64,000 nt of DNA from Malacoraja senta (GCA_038087875.1 CM075979.1:85436001-85500000); one strand, 5' to 3'; positions 36,027-51,049 are shown, counted from the stretch's first letter. The notes: generated from the letters alone by a model not told the origin. Translations and numbers: made by a program.

Positions 36027-39000
36027 TTAAAAATATTTAAATGTTGACAGATCCATCACTGAGTTATTTACTGTGGTTATCTTTATTATATCAGTTTGCC
36101 TTTACACATATCATTCGACCTGAACAATTCTGGGCCTCACAGGGATTCAGATCTTCGTGCACATTGCTATTATCAGGCAAGCTGTGCATTTTTTAAATTG
36201 TTATTTATAAAATAGATTAATCATGTTGCATTAAAGAGTTGACAACAAATATTTCAACAGTTGGGCAACAGTTAGCAATAGTTTAGCATATACAGTAAGA
36301 AAACATCTTTGTGGACAAGATGCTTTTTAAATTTATGAATTCAGCTTACCATTCCACAGAGTATACCCTCTAGAAAAAACATTCAACATATTTATAGTTT
36401 ATTCTGGTTATTGATTCATGTATGTGGCAAATATCTTGTCATCAATTAATCTTTAAGTTGTTTGTTATCAAATTGAATATAAACTATTACTGCATAAGTT
36501 ATGACCTTAATAAACAAATTTCAGTGAGACTGAAGGTTTTCATGTGCTATGTAGACGGTTGTCTAAGATTACAGCTATCAATTCAAAGGATTTTTTTAAA
36601 ATAATCTTTACTCTATCAAAGTATTATTCATGGAAGGTACTTGAGCAAAACAGGTTTGCAATTACTGGGTTGCATGCAAAGTAAATGTACACGTAAAGTA
36701 AAATAGTTCTATTGCTTTACTAAGGAACTGAAATCTCCTATGATGTTCCAAAAGCTATCCAGCTTGATGTCCCTGAAGAGTCCAACATGTTATCAGCTGC
36801 ACAACAACAATTCAAACAATGTAAAACTGGTAACACAGTGAAAAAAAATCTGCATAAACAGAGCCTAGTGAAGAACGCAGATTTAACAATAAACAAAACT
36901 TCAAACCATCTCAACAATACCCGATAATTTTCAAAAAATTTTACTGCATCAATTACTTCCTCGTAATTTAAAGGTAGTGCTCAAGAAAATTCGCAACAAC
37001 AGTAAAAAAAAAAAGTAGATCTACCTTAGCAACTCTTTCCTTAACTGCTCTTAGTGTAGAGAAATATATTGGACTTGGTACTTAAAGCAGTAGCTATTTT
37101 AACTTTATCTATTTGGTTGCTTTACCAAAGCAGTTTTGGAGGGAACACTAATATTTTCCTATGTTCACATACACAAACAGTGGAGTATGGTTACAAAGTG
37201 ACCTTCTAAATACTTTTTGTTAGAACTCGTCATCCTTGGATAATTATCAAGTCAGGCTTTTAAATCTATAAACATAATAGCTCTGACATTTTAAATAATC
37301 TTTTAGCCAAAAAGAAGCCAGCATTATTCATTTAAAATTCCTCCCAATATTTATAAACATTCTAAATGATATTCAGAATAGATAACGTAGTTCTTTTTTA
37401 AGTCTCTGATTTACAATGAGAGAAATTATATATTTTTTAAAATAGCTTAAATGTGTTAAATTTCCACTTTAAGCAAACAAAGCTTCCCACTCTGCTACAT
37501 TGTCTTTACAATGGTGTTTTTGTTTCTAGTTTACAGACAAATTCTTTGTATCAATAATGAATTTGAATTAACTCTTCAATGGAGCCTTTCATTACGAAAA
37601 CAAAACCCAAAACCTGAACTGGCAACTGTTTCCTAGTTATTTTCAATAATTAAAAGGCAGAGGGAAGGATTATCCCCAAGAATAGAAGCGCGTACAGTAT
37701 ATCTCCTCTTTCTCTACTAAGTGCTTTATATAGGATACTAATAAAATGTGCTCATTCCCAAGCATGTTCAGAAATAACAAGTGTTAAACAATAGGTCTGA
37801 TATTACCCAGCATGGGAGAAGCAGCAGTCTGATGCAGAATTCCTGGCACTCATAGAGGAGCTTCAAATTGAATATTCACACAATAAAAATCAACAATGAG
37901 ATGGATAAATATGATGAATGTACATGTTTAATACCTGTTTGAGTATTTACACCAGAAAATGATTGTGAAAATGAATGAGATATTTTTCAAAATTACTACC
38001 CATTACTTCAAAATGTGTCCATTACTAGTAAGTGCAACACCCTTTCATTAATCAAATGCAACAATCCATGTCCAGAATCATGACATTAGTAGTATTTAAG
38101 TTAATTGATCTAATTAACTCAGGCAAAGTTACACTGTGTTAAACATTCAAAAATCTTTTTGATCCTGTTAGATTCCACAAATCTCCCCTCAATTGAGAAC
38201 TGTAATCAGGAAATCTTACCACTGAATTGGCACACGGGAAACCAAAAAGCAACAGAATAATCTGTCTTGACGTGATCCTTTTCCCTTAGATTTCCTTGAT
38301 AAGTTTAAATCTATTATTGTATTTATACATTTGACATATGTAAATATATCAGATTTTGTAGGTTTCGTGTGCTGCAGCTCAAGGCTGGATCAACTCAAAG
38401 AAACATACAGAAATAAGGTATAACGTTTGGCTTGAATAGATTAACATCAAGGGATTTTTGCACTCCAGGACTAGTTTCAGGAGAATAGCATGTTTCTGGC
38501 CTCCTGACTTCATCCTCCCCAGCATGTGGAGCTTTATCCTCCATCAGATGCCCATTTGAAGTGGACCACTGATGATTATTAATTGAAATGGACAAGGATA
38601 CAACTGTGCATGTGCAATAGGTGGCTATTTGTAAATGTGAAGATCCCTCCAAGGGCTCGCTAAACTCCAAAAACAGCATCCAGAAGTTGTGCTTTTTATT
38701 CAAACATTTAATGAATTGCAACCACCATTTGCTTTCAAAACTACGGATCACAGTGGATTAAGAAATGTTCATAATTTATTATGCTAACTCTTATAATTTT
38801 CTCTATCTCTTTAAGACTTGGAGCTCAGATGAGACGCAAGGCTGGGTATTAAATGATCTGTTGTGAGAAAAGTAGTCCCCGTGTTGACGAAGGGTCCAGT
38901 GCCGTACTGTTCTAAAATGTTTCACTGTATCAGAACACAATGCTTACTTTCTTCATTTTATTCCAAAGGGATCACAGCAAAAGTCGATATGCTGAGAAAT

Positions 39001-39544
39001 AAACAGGCTGTCAAAGCTTTGTGTAAAAAAAAATGCATATAATTAAAAAGAGTCCAGGTGTATTCTTAAAGGTTAACATTTGAAACTAGAGAATAATTTT
39101 TAAAATAAATCCTATAATCATGCAGTAGAGAAAATTCTCACCTCATATCTGCCACAATTTCTAATTGAGCATCTGACAACTATTTTCGTCCAGCCTTTGT
39201 GCTCCAAACTTCTGCTATACTTCTGTGTTTCAAGCACGTTGCGTGTCCAATATAGGTCTCACTGCCTGGCTGGACCTTTGTCGTGTTCTTTTAAAAAGGA
39301 AAGAAAAGCAAATTCCTTCTGCAATGCTAAACGCTACCATGTAGCACTCACTTCTATAGAAGTTGCCTGGAGAGGAGAACTTTAAATTTTTTGTTAATTG
39401 AGATGGGATTTCAATGTCGACCTAAATGCACTTACGACAATGCCAGGAGTACAATGTGCTTCTCACAGCAATGAAAGTGTCTTACAGTGGAGACTATACA
39501 AACATTAATCATCAGTACAGTGTATCTGCTGCATGCCACTGCAG

Positions 39545-39744
39545 NNNNNNNNNNNNNNNNNNNNNNNNNNNNNNNNNNNNNNNNNNNNNNNNNNNNNNNN
39601 NNNNNNNNNNNNNNNNNNNNNNNNNNNNNNNNNNNNNNNNNNNNNNNNNNNNNNNNNNNNNNNNNNNNNNNNNNNNNNNNNNNNNNNNNNNNNNNNNNNN
39701 NNNNNNNNNNNNNNNNNNNNNNNNNNNNNNNNNNNNNNNNNNNN
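39545..39744. other. Assembly gap
   Basis: 200 N. Confidence 1.
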
Positions 39745-39785
39745 GTTTATTGAATAAGAAGCTGGCAGTTGTCCAAACCCACTGC

Positions 39786-39882
39786 CGGAAAGCCAACCCG
39801 TCTCGATCCGAAATATCACCCATTCCTTCTCTCCAGAGATGCTGCCTGTCCCACTGAGTTACTCCTGCATTTTGTGTCGACC
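39786..39882 (+). mobile_element. PLE-derived short element
   Basis: GTCTCGATCCGAAATATCACCCATTCCTTCTCTCCAGAGATGCTGCCTGTCCCACTGAGTTACTCC. Confidence 0.75.
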
Positions 39883-42800
39883 GTCGCAAAGCTAGAGTCA
39901 GTCAAGGTCATACTGTATGCTATCAGCACAACTAGACTTACAGTAACCATGCTCACAGTCTAAGGTTGTCTTAGTTCAGGGGTGGGGGAAGGGATCTTGA
40001 TGTCCCAACCTTCCAAAATGAATTGTAAACAATATTGTGATATCTATAAAGTTGTGAGCCGCCAAAACAGCCATGTGAGCTCAGTCTGCAACCAAACCTT
40101 GCTCTCCCTCTTTCTCATACTGTTCACATTTAGATGTGGAGTGTCCTTTGTGTGCATAATTTCACACTTATCAACAAAGAAAGATGCCATACTGCTTTCT
40201 GCCAGCTGATGCAGCTCCTCTGAAATGCCACAAGACTGCCGAGAGGCTCATTAATAATTGCAGATGGCTTTCCACTCCCAAACTTAAATTCTCAAGCACT
40301 GCATGATTAAGAGAGGTTCTGAAAGCTGTTCCTTTACCTTCTCTGTGCAACAGCAACTTAAAGACGTTCACTGATTAATTCAATAAATGCCGCTATAATT
40401 CAACAATCAATTTAACAAACTAGTAAAATAGATAAATAGATGAAATTGCTTTATTTTTGTTAAACAGAGGTAATTGGAATAATTCTAAAAAACTATGCAG
40501 ATTTCTTTAAAATTCTGAAAATGTGTAGATATTTCAAACTGAAAGGAGTTTTTTCTTCAAATGACTCATAAAGCCATAGATTGATTGTTCTTCAGTTGTA
40601 CTTTCATCATAGATTGAATAAATCCGAGCTGCCACCGTACAAATGGCCAACATTATTTGTTGCAGTGAAATCATTCAATTTTAAAATGCAGCCACTTAGC
40701 ACTGCAAAATGGCAACATTAAATTGGACAAAATAGCCTTGCGAGTATGTTGAAGAGATCTGGCAACACTATACTCAAGGGCATCCCTTTTGGAATAAAAT
40801 TATCATGTTACTGAGTATAGGTACTGTATAATAATCCAGTCCAAAAATGTAGTTGCTTTCTTTTCCCAAAGCAAAACAACAAAAGGTTAATGCTGTGAGA
40901 AGCAGGTTAATGGGGTTACCTGCAAGAAAGGGCATGTTGGAGTTTCCATTTCATGTCTTTCACAAAATTCTTGACAAGCCACCTAATCTTTCCTTGTTGA
41001 GAGGATTTTATGATATTCTCACTGTCACAAGAACCACAAAATCATTCCACATTGACTCATTTTCCTTGTTTGTCCTCGACAAAGTGTTCATCCAAAAAAG
41101 TAGAACTGAGACAAGAAAGCCACCTGAAGTGAGTATAGCAATGAATGAAAGCATTAGCAGACTATGCTACTTTGATGGCTGTAAAATGCTTCTTTTTGAG
41201 AACAAAAGTGTAAAAGCAAGCCAAACGCAAGTAAAAAACAGCACAATATAAATCTACAAAGTAGACCAGGAGGTTGAGATTTATAGAATTATCTGTGAGA
41301 TTCAAAGGAGGACTCTCTTTGGCCACTTGTTAAAAATAACCAGCACTGTTCCTTTGTATTCTGTCTTTTAAATAATTACATTTTACATTTGAATCAGAAA
41401 AAATCATGTGGAAATAGTGTTGATAAATAATGAAATATAAAATGAAACATGACAAAATTAAACTGTGGTTATATCTTGTTATGTGTGGATCAAAAAAAAA
41501 AAATACAGTGAGCAGAGATTTCATTTAGGTATGATGTGCTCTGTTGTCCTTGGATACAGCACTTACTCAGATAGTAAAACCCTATTTCAAGCCAATCTCT
41601 TATAACATTGCTACTGTATGGCTCGGCTGTGTGAAAAATCATTCTGGCATGATGTTACATCCTCCATCTTAGCCACAGCTGGCACTCAGCTACATGAATA
41701 AAGAAACTGTGGTCATATATTCATTGCTGTGAGAAAACCTGAATGTTTAGGCTCCTAACAACCACATAAAAAGTTCATTGGCACTTTTTTTTCAGTCAGC
41801 CTCCTCTGACCTATAAACCTTTGTGACTGGAACAAATGCAAATAAAGCTGACTTGCTTAGACAAAACACTGAAGGGTATTCAAATCAGCTACTCCTGGCC
41901 TGCTAATACTAATTCACTGCATCACATGGCACAAAGCCTTTCAAAAGAAACAGTTGGCATTTTAGGCCCATAAAATCAAAAAGGGAGGATGAAATGAAAA
42001 ACAAGGCAAAACTGTTGTTCAGTTACCTGCATCATTTGCTGGATCAGCAACAGCACTTTCTCTGAATATATAACAACTTGTAGGACTGTCTGGCCATAGA
42101 AAGTCACATTTATACATAGTAATACACAAGCAAATAATCCAAATAATAAGGAAAATGAATTAAAAGAAAAACTGTATGAGGACACCAGAGGTTGAAAAGA
42201 AACACATTGAATGTATGGACAAGGACAGGCAAAAACAATTAAGAAAAACACATTCTGGATAGAATCTAAGCAACATACTCGCACTCAGTTAATCTAGTAC
42301 CAACCAGCTTGTGTGCTATATTCCATTTCCTCAAGTTCATTTCCAGGACTATCGAAGTTTCAATTAAATAAAACATGAAATTCCTCCATTTTCATGTCAC
42401 GTCTTTGCAGAAGAAACACATTGGATTAATTCATATCAACCTGGTTATATAGGGCAGATGGTTGCAATCAATCCGGAAAATATTTCACAACCTTGCAATT
42501 GTTCATGGGTGATGCCTTATCCTGCTACCTAATTGTGTATTTGCTAGCCTCAAGAATTTCATCTCAGTATCTGGCTTGCCAATTGCTTTCAGAAAATCAT
42601 ACATTTAAAATAGATTACTTTTCTAGTAAACATAGGTTAATCCTACTCAATCTTTCCAAGTACGACACTCCCTCATCCCAATAGTCAATGCGTTGAATTT
42701 ATTTACATGGACTGCAATGCAAATATACTATTCCTTTGGTTTGGAAACTCCATCATCATTCAATGGGTGGTCTCACCAAATCATTGTAAAATCACAGTAG

Positions 42801-43909
42801 ATTTGGTTACTATTGTACTCCAGCCTTTTGCAAAGAACCATGACCAACCATTTTCCTTCTCAATTGCTCACCTGTAACTTAATTTGTGTTTTATAAGTCA
42901 CCAGATAATGATACACTAGACTAAAATCTGATAATTCCACTAAATAAAATGGAAAAAAAACTTTAAAAACAAATATTCATTAATATTCATATTTGCCTAG
43001 AATGCATCTGCTATTTTCTAATTATATTACTACTCATACCATTACTACCATTACTATACTACTCATTTTCCCAACAAGTCTTGCATCAAACTTGGATACG
43101 TTACACACCATCTTTTAATGGAAATTATTAATATAGATTATATAGCTCGATACTGACCCGTGTAGTACTCGGCCTACAAACCTAAAAAGGCCATGTTATT
43201 TCTAATCAATCTCTGTCCTTTAAGCAATCCTTTATCAATGCCAATATATTAAACTCAGCTCATTAAACCTCTTGCATTAATGCCAGCATGCCTTTTGATA
43301 GCTTGCTTATTTCTGAAATCTGGAGTAAAGATAAATTGGGGAAAAAAAGTAGAAGATAAAGTAGGATGCAATCATTTTAAACAGTTAGAATTCTTTACCT
43401 ATTATTTCTTTGTCCTCTATTTGCATTTCATAGGATGATTTCAGAAGACATCCACACAATTGGCTGTTAACACTTGGCTTGTTGTCTGTTGAGATGTCTG
43501 CTGAATGTACAAGTTTTATTGTATGAATTTGTTACTCTTTATCAAAAGAGTCCTAGCCTCTGGAACATTGTGTGAAGCTTACATATTTCTAAGTTGCAGA
43601 AAAATGCTTTGAAAGTTATACCTCTAAAAGTAATTTAACATTTTTTGTAATGGATAAATATCATTACAGAACTGCTTTTCATGAAGTATATTTTTCCCAG
43701 CAGTTTCTGATTCTCATTGTGCAACATGGAGAGCTAATGAGTTCTGTAGCCAGAATGTTATATGCATTAAAACTTCAGGGACCCCAGAGGAAAAAAAACT
43801 TTTTGTACTAAGTAGAAACTACCAGAAACAAAATCATTATTTTTTTTATGGTTTCAGTGATTATTGGTGTTAAAATTTTATTTTTTATTTACATTAACTA
43901 TTTTGCCTT

Positions 43910-44880
43910 ATTTGGTATTGATATCAATTTATTATTGTCATGTGTACCAAGAAACAGTGAACAACTAACTATACAGGAGACAGGGACAGCAAAAGTACAT
44001 GTCTATGTCTATGAACCAGACTGCATGATAAAGGTTGTTACAGCTACAGAAAAAGTGCAGATTAAAAAGAAAGTGCAATGAGGTAGACTGGGAGATCAGG
44101 AACACATCCGTAGCCTATTACAGGTCCAATTAAGAGTCTGAAAACAACAGAGAACTCTGCTGCTCTTGAATCTGGTGATCCGTGCTTTCAAGCTTTTATA
44201 TGTTTTTGCCTAATGGGAAAGGGGAGAAGAGGGAATGACTGAGGTGTGTGTGGTCCTTTATTATGTTGGCTGTTTCCCCTACATAGCTTGGCATAGATAG
44301 AATCAATAGGGTGGGCACAGTCCTCATCACAATCAAAGGGATCTACATGAAGCACTGTCTCAAGAAGGAGGCAGCTTTCATCAAGGATCCCGACTATCTG
44401 GGCCACACACTCTTCTTTCTACTACTGTCAAGTAGGAGATACAAAAGCCTAAAGTCGAACACAAACATATTCAGGAACAGCTACTTTCCTACAAGTATTA
44501 GGTTCTTGAATCGACCTGCAGAACCCTAATCTTACCTCAGCAACAGACTACAACCAACTCTTGAACTACCTTAGACTTGTTCTTTTTCATGTTTTGTAAT
44601 TTTTTTCCTTTGTACTGTCTTGCACAATACGTGATTGATGTATAATTTATGTTTTTATGTGTTGTCTGAGTCTATGTGCCTGTGATGCAATATGGTTTCA
44701 TTGTACTTGCAGGAGACAATAAACTCGTCCTGACTTGACTTAATAAATTGTTGGTTATATTTACATCGAGGAACTTGAAGCTCTCAGTCTTCTCCATCTC
44801 AGCACCATTGATGTAGACTGGGACATTTACTCCACCCCACTTTCTGAAGTCGATGACTAGCTCTTACATTTTGCTGATCT
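43910..44880. mobile_element. Nested Rex/Babar LINE fragments: a minus-strand copy split by a plus-strand copy (44310-44740)
   Basis: Plus: IYMKHCLKKEAAFIKDPDYLGHTLFFLLLSSRRYKSLKSNTNIFRNSYFPTSIRFLN, ending AATAAACTCG..TGACTTGACTT. Minus 44765-44878: ELVIDFRKWGGVNVPVYINGAEMEKTESFKFL. Confidence 0.75.
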
Positions 44881-45725
44881 AATTGCTATAAATATGCATC
44901 AGAATGTCCATTTTTATCCATTGTAAAACATGTTTGTCACTCATACTAATTAAAAAGCAATTTCCACTTCCCCACACTTCCTAACCAATTATTCAACAAG
45001 ACCTTGACATCTGTTCTAGTACTATTATGAACTACATATTTTGTCATAGAAATGCAAAACTAACAAGATATGAAACTTCAAAGAAACAATTTTTCTACAA
45101 ACATTTAAATGAATCTACCTCACTTAATAAATCTTTCCTAATTTCCTCCATTCTCTACTTTCTTACTCTTCATTGTCAACACAAGAGCTGATCCAATGGC
45201 CATCAACACAGTTTGTAACATTAACTAATAAGGTAATGTATCCTAAAAAACACTGCACACATATATCTATCTTTTTCCAAAACTGTAATCATAAAAGTTT
45301 GATACATTAAGAAACCACTTATCACTCAATGAACAGAAATTGGAATGAATGTCACAATAATTTACATCATTGATTTAATATTTTCCTCTGATGATATTAA
45401 GAAACATTGTGGTCGAGGTTTTGAAGTCAGTGGTTAGTTGCCTGATGGATTTTTCAGGAGTGATTTAGTGTCATTGGAACCAGCTTTTATAACACTGTAA
45501 AGCTGACATATTTCTAAGTTGCAAGGTGCCCAGCTAGAAAAACAGGAAATAATATGCCTCATCAACCAATTAGATTGAAGACTCCTTACTTGAGACATGC
45601 ATCTGAATAAATTAGAGTGAACTGAAAACACGCTGCAAACAAGGTTGCAACACTTTGCCTCTGAAATCTTCAACCGAGACAAATGATTAAATCTTCCTGC
45701 TTACTCGCTGGTGGGTCAACTTGTT

Positions 45726-46030
45726 AAGTAAGTAAGTAAGTAAGTTTATTGGCCAAGTATTCACATACAAGGAATTTGCCTTGGTGCTCTGCCCACAAGT
45801 AACAACATGACATAGTGACAGTTACGAATGACTCAGAAAACACTAAACATTAATAATAATAATAGGGTTTTCACAGACGACACAAACGAACAAACACATA
45901 CAAAACAGCAAGGAGCAGTACACCGTGGCCGCCATCGTCGGCGCCAGCAACAGCAAGCAGCAGCAGAGAGAGAGAAGGAGGCTCGACAACTACCAACCGC
46001 CGCCAGTCTCCACTGCCCACGTTGCACCAT
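45726..46030 (-). mobile_element. Short retroposon: GC-rich 5' segment fused to a LINE-type 3' end with a (TTAC)n tail
   Basis: Plus strand starts (AAGT)n then TTTATTGGCC. Junction at an (AAT)n run ~45851-45863 to a GC-rich segment containing minus-strand GGCGCCGACGATGGCGGCC. Confidence 0.5.
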
Positions 46031-46600
46031 GGTGTCTTTAGGTTCTACTACACCCTCGAACCATATTCCCTCATTCCACTGCTTGGATTCTTATTGCTGG
46101 ATCATCTATTGGTTCTCAATGCATTCATCTCCAACCTTAAAAAAGGTGGGAATCGTTGCCTTTATTTCCATAAATCCCAGTATTATAAATGTTCTTTCCT
46201 TAGCACTGTGCCAGATGAATTTTTCATTCAGATTGCTGACTCAAAGAATGGACATTAAAACAAGTTATTATTGCAGGAATGGCAGTTAAAAAATATGGGG
46301 GTCAATTTTTCTTGTTGTCTTTGATAAACAGAAACAGGTATTGAACTTTCATTGAGCATTGCATGACCAGTTTTGAAAGGTGGAACAGAGTAGCAACCTT
46401 GATAAGAATCTCTTCTTGTGAGTCACAAGGACAAAACACAAGCCCTAACTTCTGATGTGGAAAGAAAATAAACAAATAGAGAGGTTAGCTCTTGAGTTTA
46501 TTCAATGAAAGAAGGGTTTTTGTTAAGACAAACTGATTAAGTAGCTAAAGGATAGACAGTACATTACAACTAAGTCACACTGACAAAGGTCTCATGTTTG

Positions 46601-46658
46601 TAGACAAAAATGCTGGAGAAACTCAGCGGGTGAGGCAGCATCTATGGAGCGAAGAAAC
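46601..46658 (-). mobile_element. 58-bp PLE-derived insert with TSD
   Basis: Direct repeat AAGGTCT(C/T)ATGTTTG at 46586-46600 and 46659-46673. Near-identical to the 8.6-kb arm. Confidence 0.8.
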
Positions 46659-49643
46659 AAGGTCTTATGTTTGCATTCTGTATCACTTTATGAAGGAAAA
46701 GTTAAATTTTTTAAAACAATCTAATTAGAACTTCTTCTTGGCATGTTCTCTTTACTATAAATCTAACTTTAAGCTTCATTTTCCATGTCTAAGGGAAATT
46801 ATTGAAAAATGCAAAAAACAAGAATATCTGGTATGTATCCCAAAGGGATGATATTGTTAAATCTTCGAATCAGGCTATTGTACGAGTGCATACTGGGCAG
46901 GCAGTATGAATCACTTCCAATAAAAGAAACCTAATCTATTTGAAGGTTTGGGAGCTAAATTTGATAGCTGCTGAAAGCAGCTGTGGGGATTATATTGCAT
47001 TGGTTCTGAAGCAGGCAGCATACCAATTTAGTGTTGCTCATTTCAAATGATTCTAGCAATCACCCGCAGCGCTGATTCGCTGTACACGTCAGGTGAGGAC
47101 CAATTTTGTGAGTAGTTAGCTCATGCTACTGCCCGTCTTTAAGAAGTATCAGTCAGCTTTATCGCTTTAAGCAAGGTGCACTGTGGTGAAGCTGTCATTA
47201 ACCACAATGCACTGAATGACAATGTGGGAGAGTACAGGTTCTAAGTGTATTGGAGGTGTACTATATTTGCAGGGGACAATTTGGCCCTCCACACACGCAG
47301 TCAGAGAAGAAGGATGCACTCACTGAACTTGATAATGGGAGCAGCTATCCTCAAAGGTAAATTCCACACAATTGGAATCAAATCTTGAAAGAAGTCCAAT
47401 GAACTCGCAGGAGTGATCAAGTTCAGTGAATGCATCCTTAATTGCCACATCCTACTAATTGCACCCAGGCTCACTGTACCAAACACTCAGTTGTGAGCCT
47501 CTGCCTATCCAAACAGCAATGCAATTTTCATTCTATTATTGATCTTTCTTGCAAACAATATAGTAAAAAGTGAAGACAATTTGTTTGTGCATCTTCCTTG
47601 GAGAAATTTGACTTTTTTTTTGTAGAACATCTCTGGTTTTGAAGTACATTCAACTGTACTGATCTGTAGCCCATCATGAACAACTTGCTGCGGCCTTGAA
47701 CTTTCATCAACATGGATCTTACCTCCCATGTTGCATGAGTTGTCAACATGTTGATATTTAATAGAAACAGTGACATTACCTTTGGCAAGTTATACAATTC
47801 CACAGAGTGCTAAGACAAAGACTTTATATACTAGTATTTCCATGTAACATGTTTTGTTTTTGTTTTTGTTTGCACTTCCAGACCCTTTCATTTTTCTTAC
47901 CATTGGAGTCAAACACCATCCTGAACCTGAGGTAGTTTGGAGTCAAATGAAAATGTCTTAATTGATTTCTTAAGTTTAGCCAAAGTATTTGAACTTTGGT
48001 ATGGTTTTGCGAGTATAGTCATCAATGCTTCATTTGGGAAGCACCTGTGACCTGACAAATAATGTGTATTTTCTTCAATTTTGTGGTGAAGCAATATTTA
48101 TTGTATGGCTGAGAGAACCTATCAGTACAAAAGTATAGATTGGTTTCATCATGCTCTCCAAAAGGCTCCATTGTCAAATTAGAGTATTATTCTGATGAGA
48201 TATGGCAGATATTGGATGATGTAGGTTACATACCCTTCTGCCTGACTTCCTTTTAGTTGTATTGCTGAAAGCATGTTAGAGAAGAAGGGATAAGAAAATG
48301 CCAAACAATATTATAACAAGTGCAAAACCTTGTTTTACCCCACTTTGTAACTTGAAGGAACTTGATGATGATCGATTATACCATAACATTACCAAATGTT
48401 GTAATATTTTTGTGGAGGAAATTGATAATAGTCAAATGTCTCAGGGGGAAAGTGATTGTGGGGGAGAGGAGAATAAGAATTCCTTCTCAACAGTTGGTCC
48501 GATACCTTTGTTATGCTGATTTAAAGTAAATGCAATCTTTTTAATTCTCTACATTTCTCCTTCAATGGTCTGATGGAGAATATTTTGTCTCTTGTAAGTT
48601 TTTGCTCAAAAACCAGACCGGGCCTGGATGTACTCACTTTGCCTGTGTTCATGGTTTATTCAATACCACTCCAGCAATTAATTTACCCGGGATGTCATGC
48701 AGAAAGACTCTGCAGCAGTTGCAATTACAGCACTCTTTATTTTTGCAAAGTGTTATAGTCATTTTACAGCTCTTGAGTCATGGATACTGTATTCTTGGAT
48801 AGAAGCAATAATTCATGGAGTCAATGCAGAAGCACCCCTTTTCCATATTTGATCATTTGGCTGAAGTATCATCTACGCCTTGTTATCTCCATGGGTGCTC
48901 AGACCTTCATAAAGACTACATGCTGGTTCAGAGTCCAGGTCATCACGCAGACACGTCCTAATGGCATCTAGCTCTATGCCAGTGAGAGCTTAGAATCTAG
49001 CTCCAGCTAATGTTCTAGTCAGCAATCCAAATGTTTATATTAGTCTGTGATAATTTCACCTCATTTCTTTGGTTTCTCACATCAATGTAACATTACTCTA
49101 ATATTTGGCAGGTTTTGGCAATGATGCACATCATATCACTCTGGCATAGAGGCATTAAACTAACCAAAATCTTGTCCTAAGCCAAAATGACAATTTCCAT
49201 TAAGGCTAGATAAATTAAGAATGAAAAATTTGGTTTCCACCCAGTTACTGAAACTGGAGACATAGAGAACTATTTCCCTTAACATTGCACTTTATGGAAA
49301 TGTTTGCAAACACATGACCAAAATCTGAAACATACATGTATTTATCCATATGATAATTATGAACAAGTTAAAAAGTTACATGCAATGTATCTGCTTGAGT
49401 TGTATCCTTAGTTTATTGCATGTGTGATGAAACTGCTCTGCAACCTGTGCATTAGAAAGGCAGGCCCTAGGTAGATCCTAGAACTTACTTACAACCTATA
49501 CAAGAAATGGGATCTGGATAAAGCTATATGGTCTCTCAAACCCGTTATGCCATTCATTAGGATCAAGGCTCAGATTTACTTCTCAATCTGTTGGGCATTG
49601 AATATATTCAATAATTCAGCTTGTAACGGTTCTCTGCTTAGAG

Positions 49644-50462
49644 TAGAGTTTCTCAACCTTTTTACCCTTGCGGAACCCTTGAAATAATTTTCATGTCTCA
49701 GGGAACCCCTACATAAAATTATTATATATCTTTATGAATCTCTTTCTTTCTCTTTCATAAACAAAGTTCATAAGGCAAACATAATATATATTTCTGATAA
49801 CTGGTTTAAGCAAAAAATAACATGTTTTTCTCAAGTTTATTGACAATGCAAAAAAAAAACCTGAAATCAAACTGCTTGTTCAAAACTGAAGCAAATAAAG
49901 AACTAACCTTGGAGGAGAGAGAGATAAAGAGAGAAAGAGAGAGAAAACAACACATAAACTGTTCATAAACAAACAAAAACATACATAAATAAACTTTTGG
50001 TAAACTAACAAAACTAAACATAAACATACCTACATAAAAAAAAATTCATATAACATCCCTAAATGATGGGTAAAAATGACTAAATAACGTGGGTGAATGA
50101 GGGACTGTACCTGCACGCCAGGAAGCACAGAGAGGACTGATGGAGACCGTGCGTGCGTCTGTACTCGAGTGAGTCACTTGATGATATGCAAATCCGTCAC
50201 GTACAGCTCCTGTCCACTGATCACTAAAGGCCGCCGTTTCACACTGGCGCCGTATAGACGTCGCTAAATATGACGTCACTAAATAGACGTCGCTAAATAT
50301 GCCGTACGTGTATAATAAAATTACGAATATGAAATTAAACACTAAAATGACTCAAAAATGCATTTACATATGATTAGCCTATTTATCACTATTTCTCCTG
50401 GAACCCCTAGCGACCTCTCGCAGAACCCTAGCTTTGTGGGGAACCCCGGTTGAGAAACGCTG
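49644..50462. mobile_element. Non-autonomous hAT (Charlie-like) DNA transposon
   Basis: TIRs TAGAGTTTCTCAACC / GGTTGAGAAACGCTG; 8-bp TSD GCTTAGAG / ACTTAGAG; subterminal GAACCC repeats. Confidence 0.85.
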
Positions 50463-50829
50463 ACTTAGAGAGTTCCAAAGATCTGTTATGCTCCGAGAGA
50501 AGAAATTCCTACTCATCCCCACTTGAATGAAACATGGTTTAGCTCCAGATTCTCCCATGAAGGAGAACATCATCTCAGCATCTACTTGGAAAGACCCCTA
50601 ACTCTTTAGTAACTTGTCAGTTTCTTTGTTGAACTAAATTAAGGCGCATGCTGCAATCTAAAGCGCTTGAACAATTGGTTGGGAAGAAAGCCAAACTGTA
50701 AGAAAGAGGACTGTGCCTCCTTTTCAAGAGTAGCCCTAAGGTTATAGCAAGAGCAGGAGCAGGCCAACTGATAACTCAAAATTATTCATGGCTGATTCAA
50801 TCTTATCCAGAACACTCCCCATGCCTATT

Positions 50830-51015
50830 TGAGCTATATTTAAGAGGGAGTTAGATGTGGCCCTTGTGGCTAAAGGGATCAGGGGGTATGGAGAGAAGGC
50901 AGGTACAGGATACTGAGTTGGATGATCAGCCATGATCATATTGAATGGCAGTGCAGGCTCGAAGGGCCGATTGGCCTACTGCTGCACCTATTTTCTATGT
51001 TTCTATGTTTCTATG
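50830..51015 (+). mobile_element. CR1-clade (HER1-like) LINE 3' tail
   Basis: GAGTTAGATGTGGCCCTTG...GAAGGGCCGATTGGCCTACTGCTGCACCTATT, ending (TTCTATGT)n. Confidence 0.9.
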
Positions 51016-51049
51016 CCACTTCACTTCCTTGAAGCTCAATTGACTGGTT

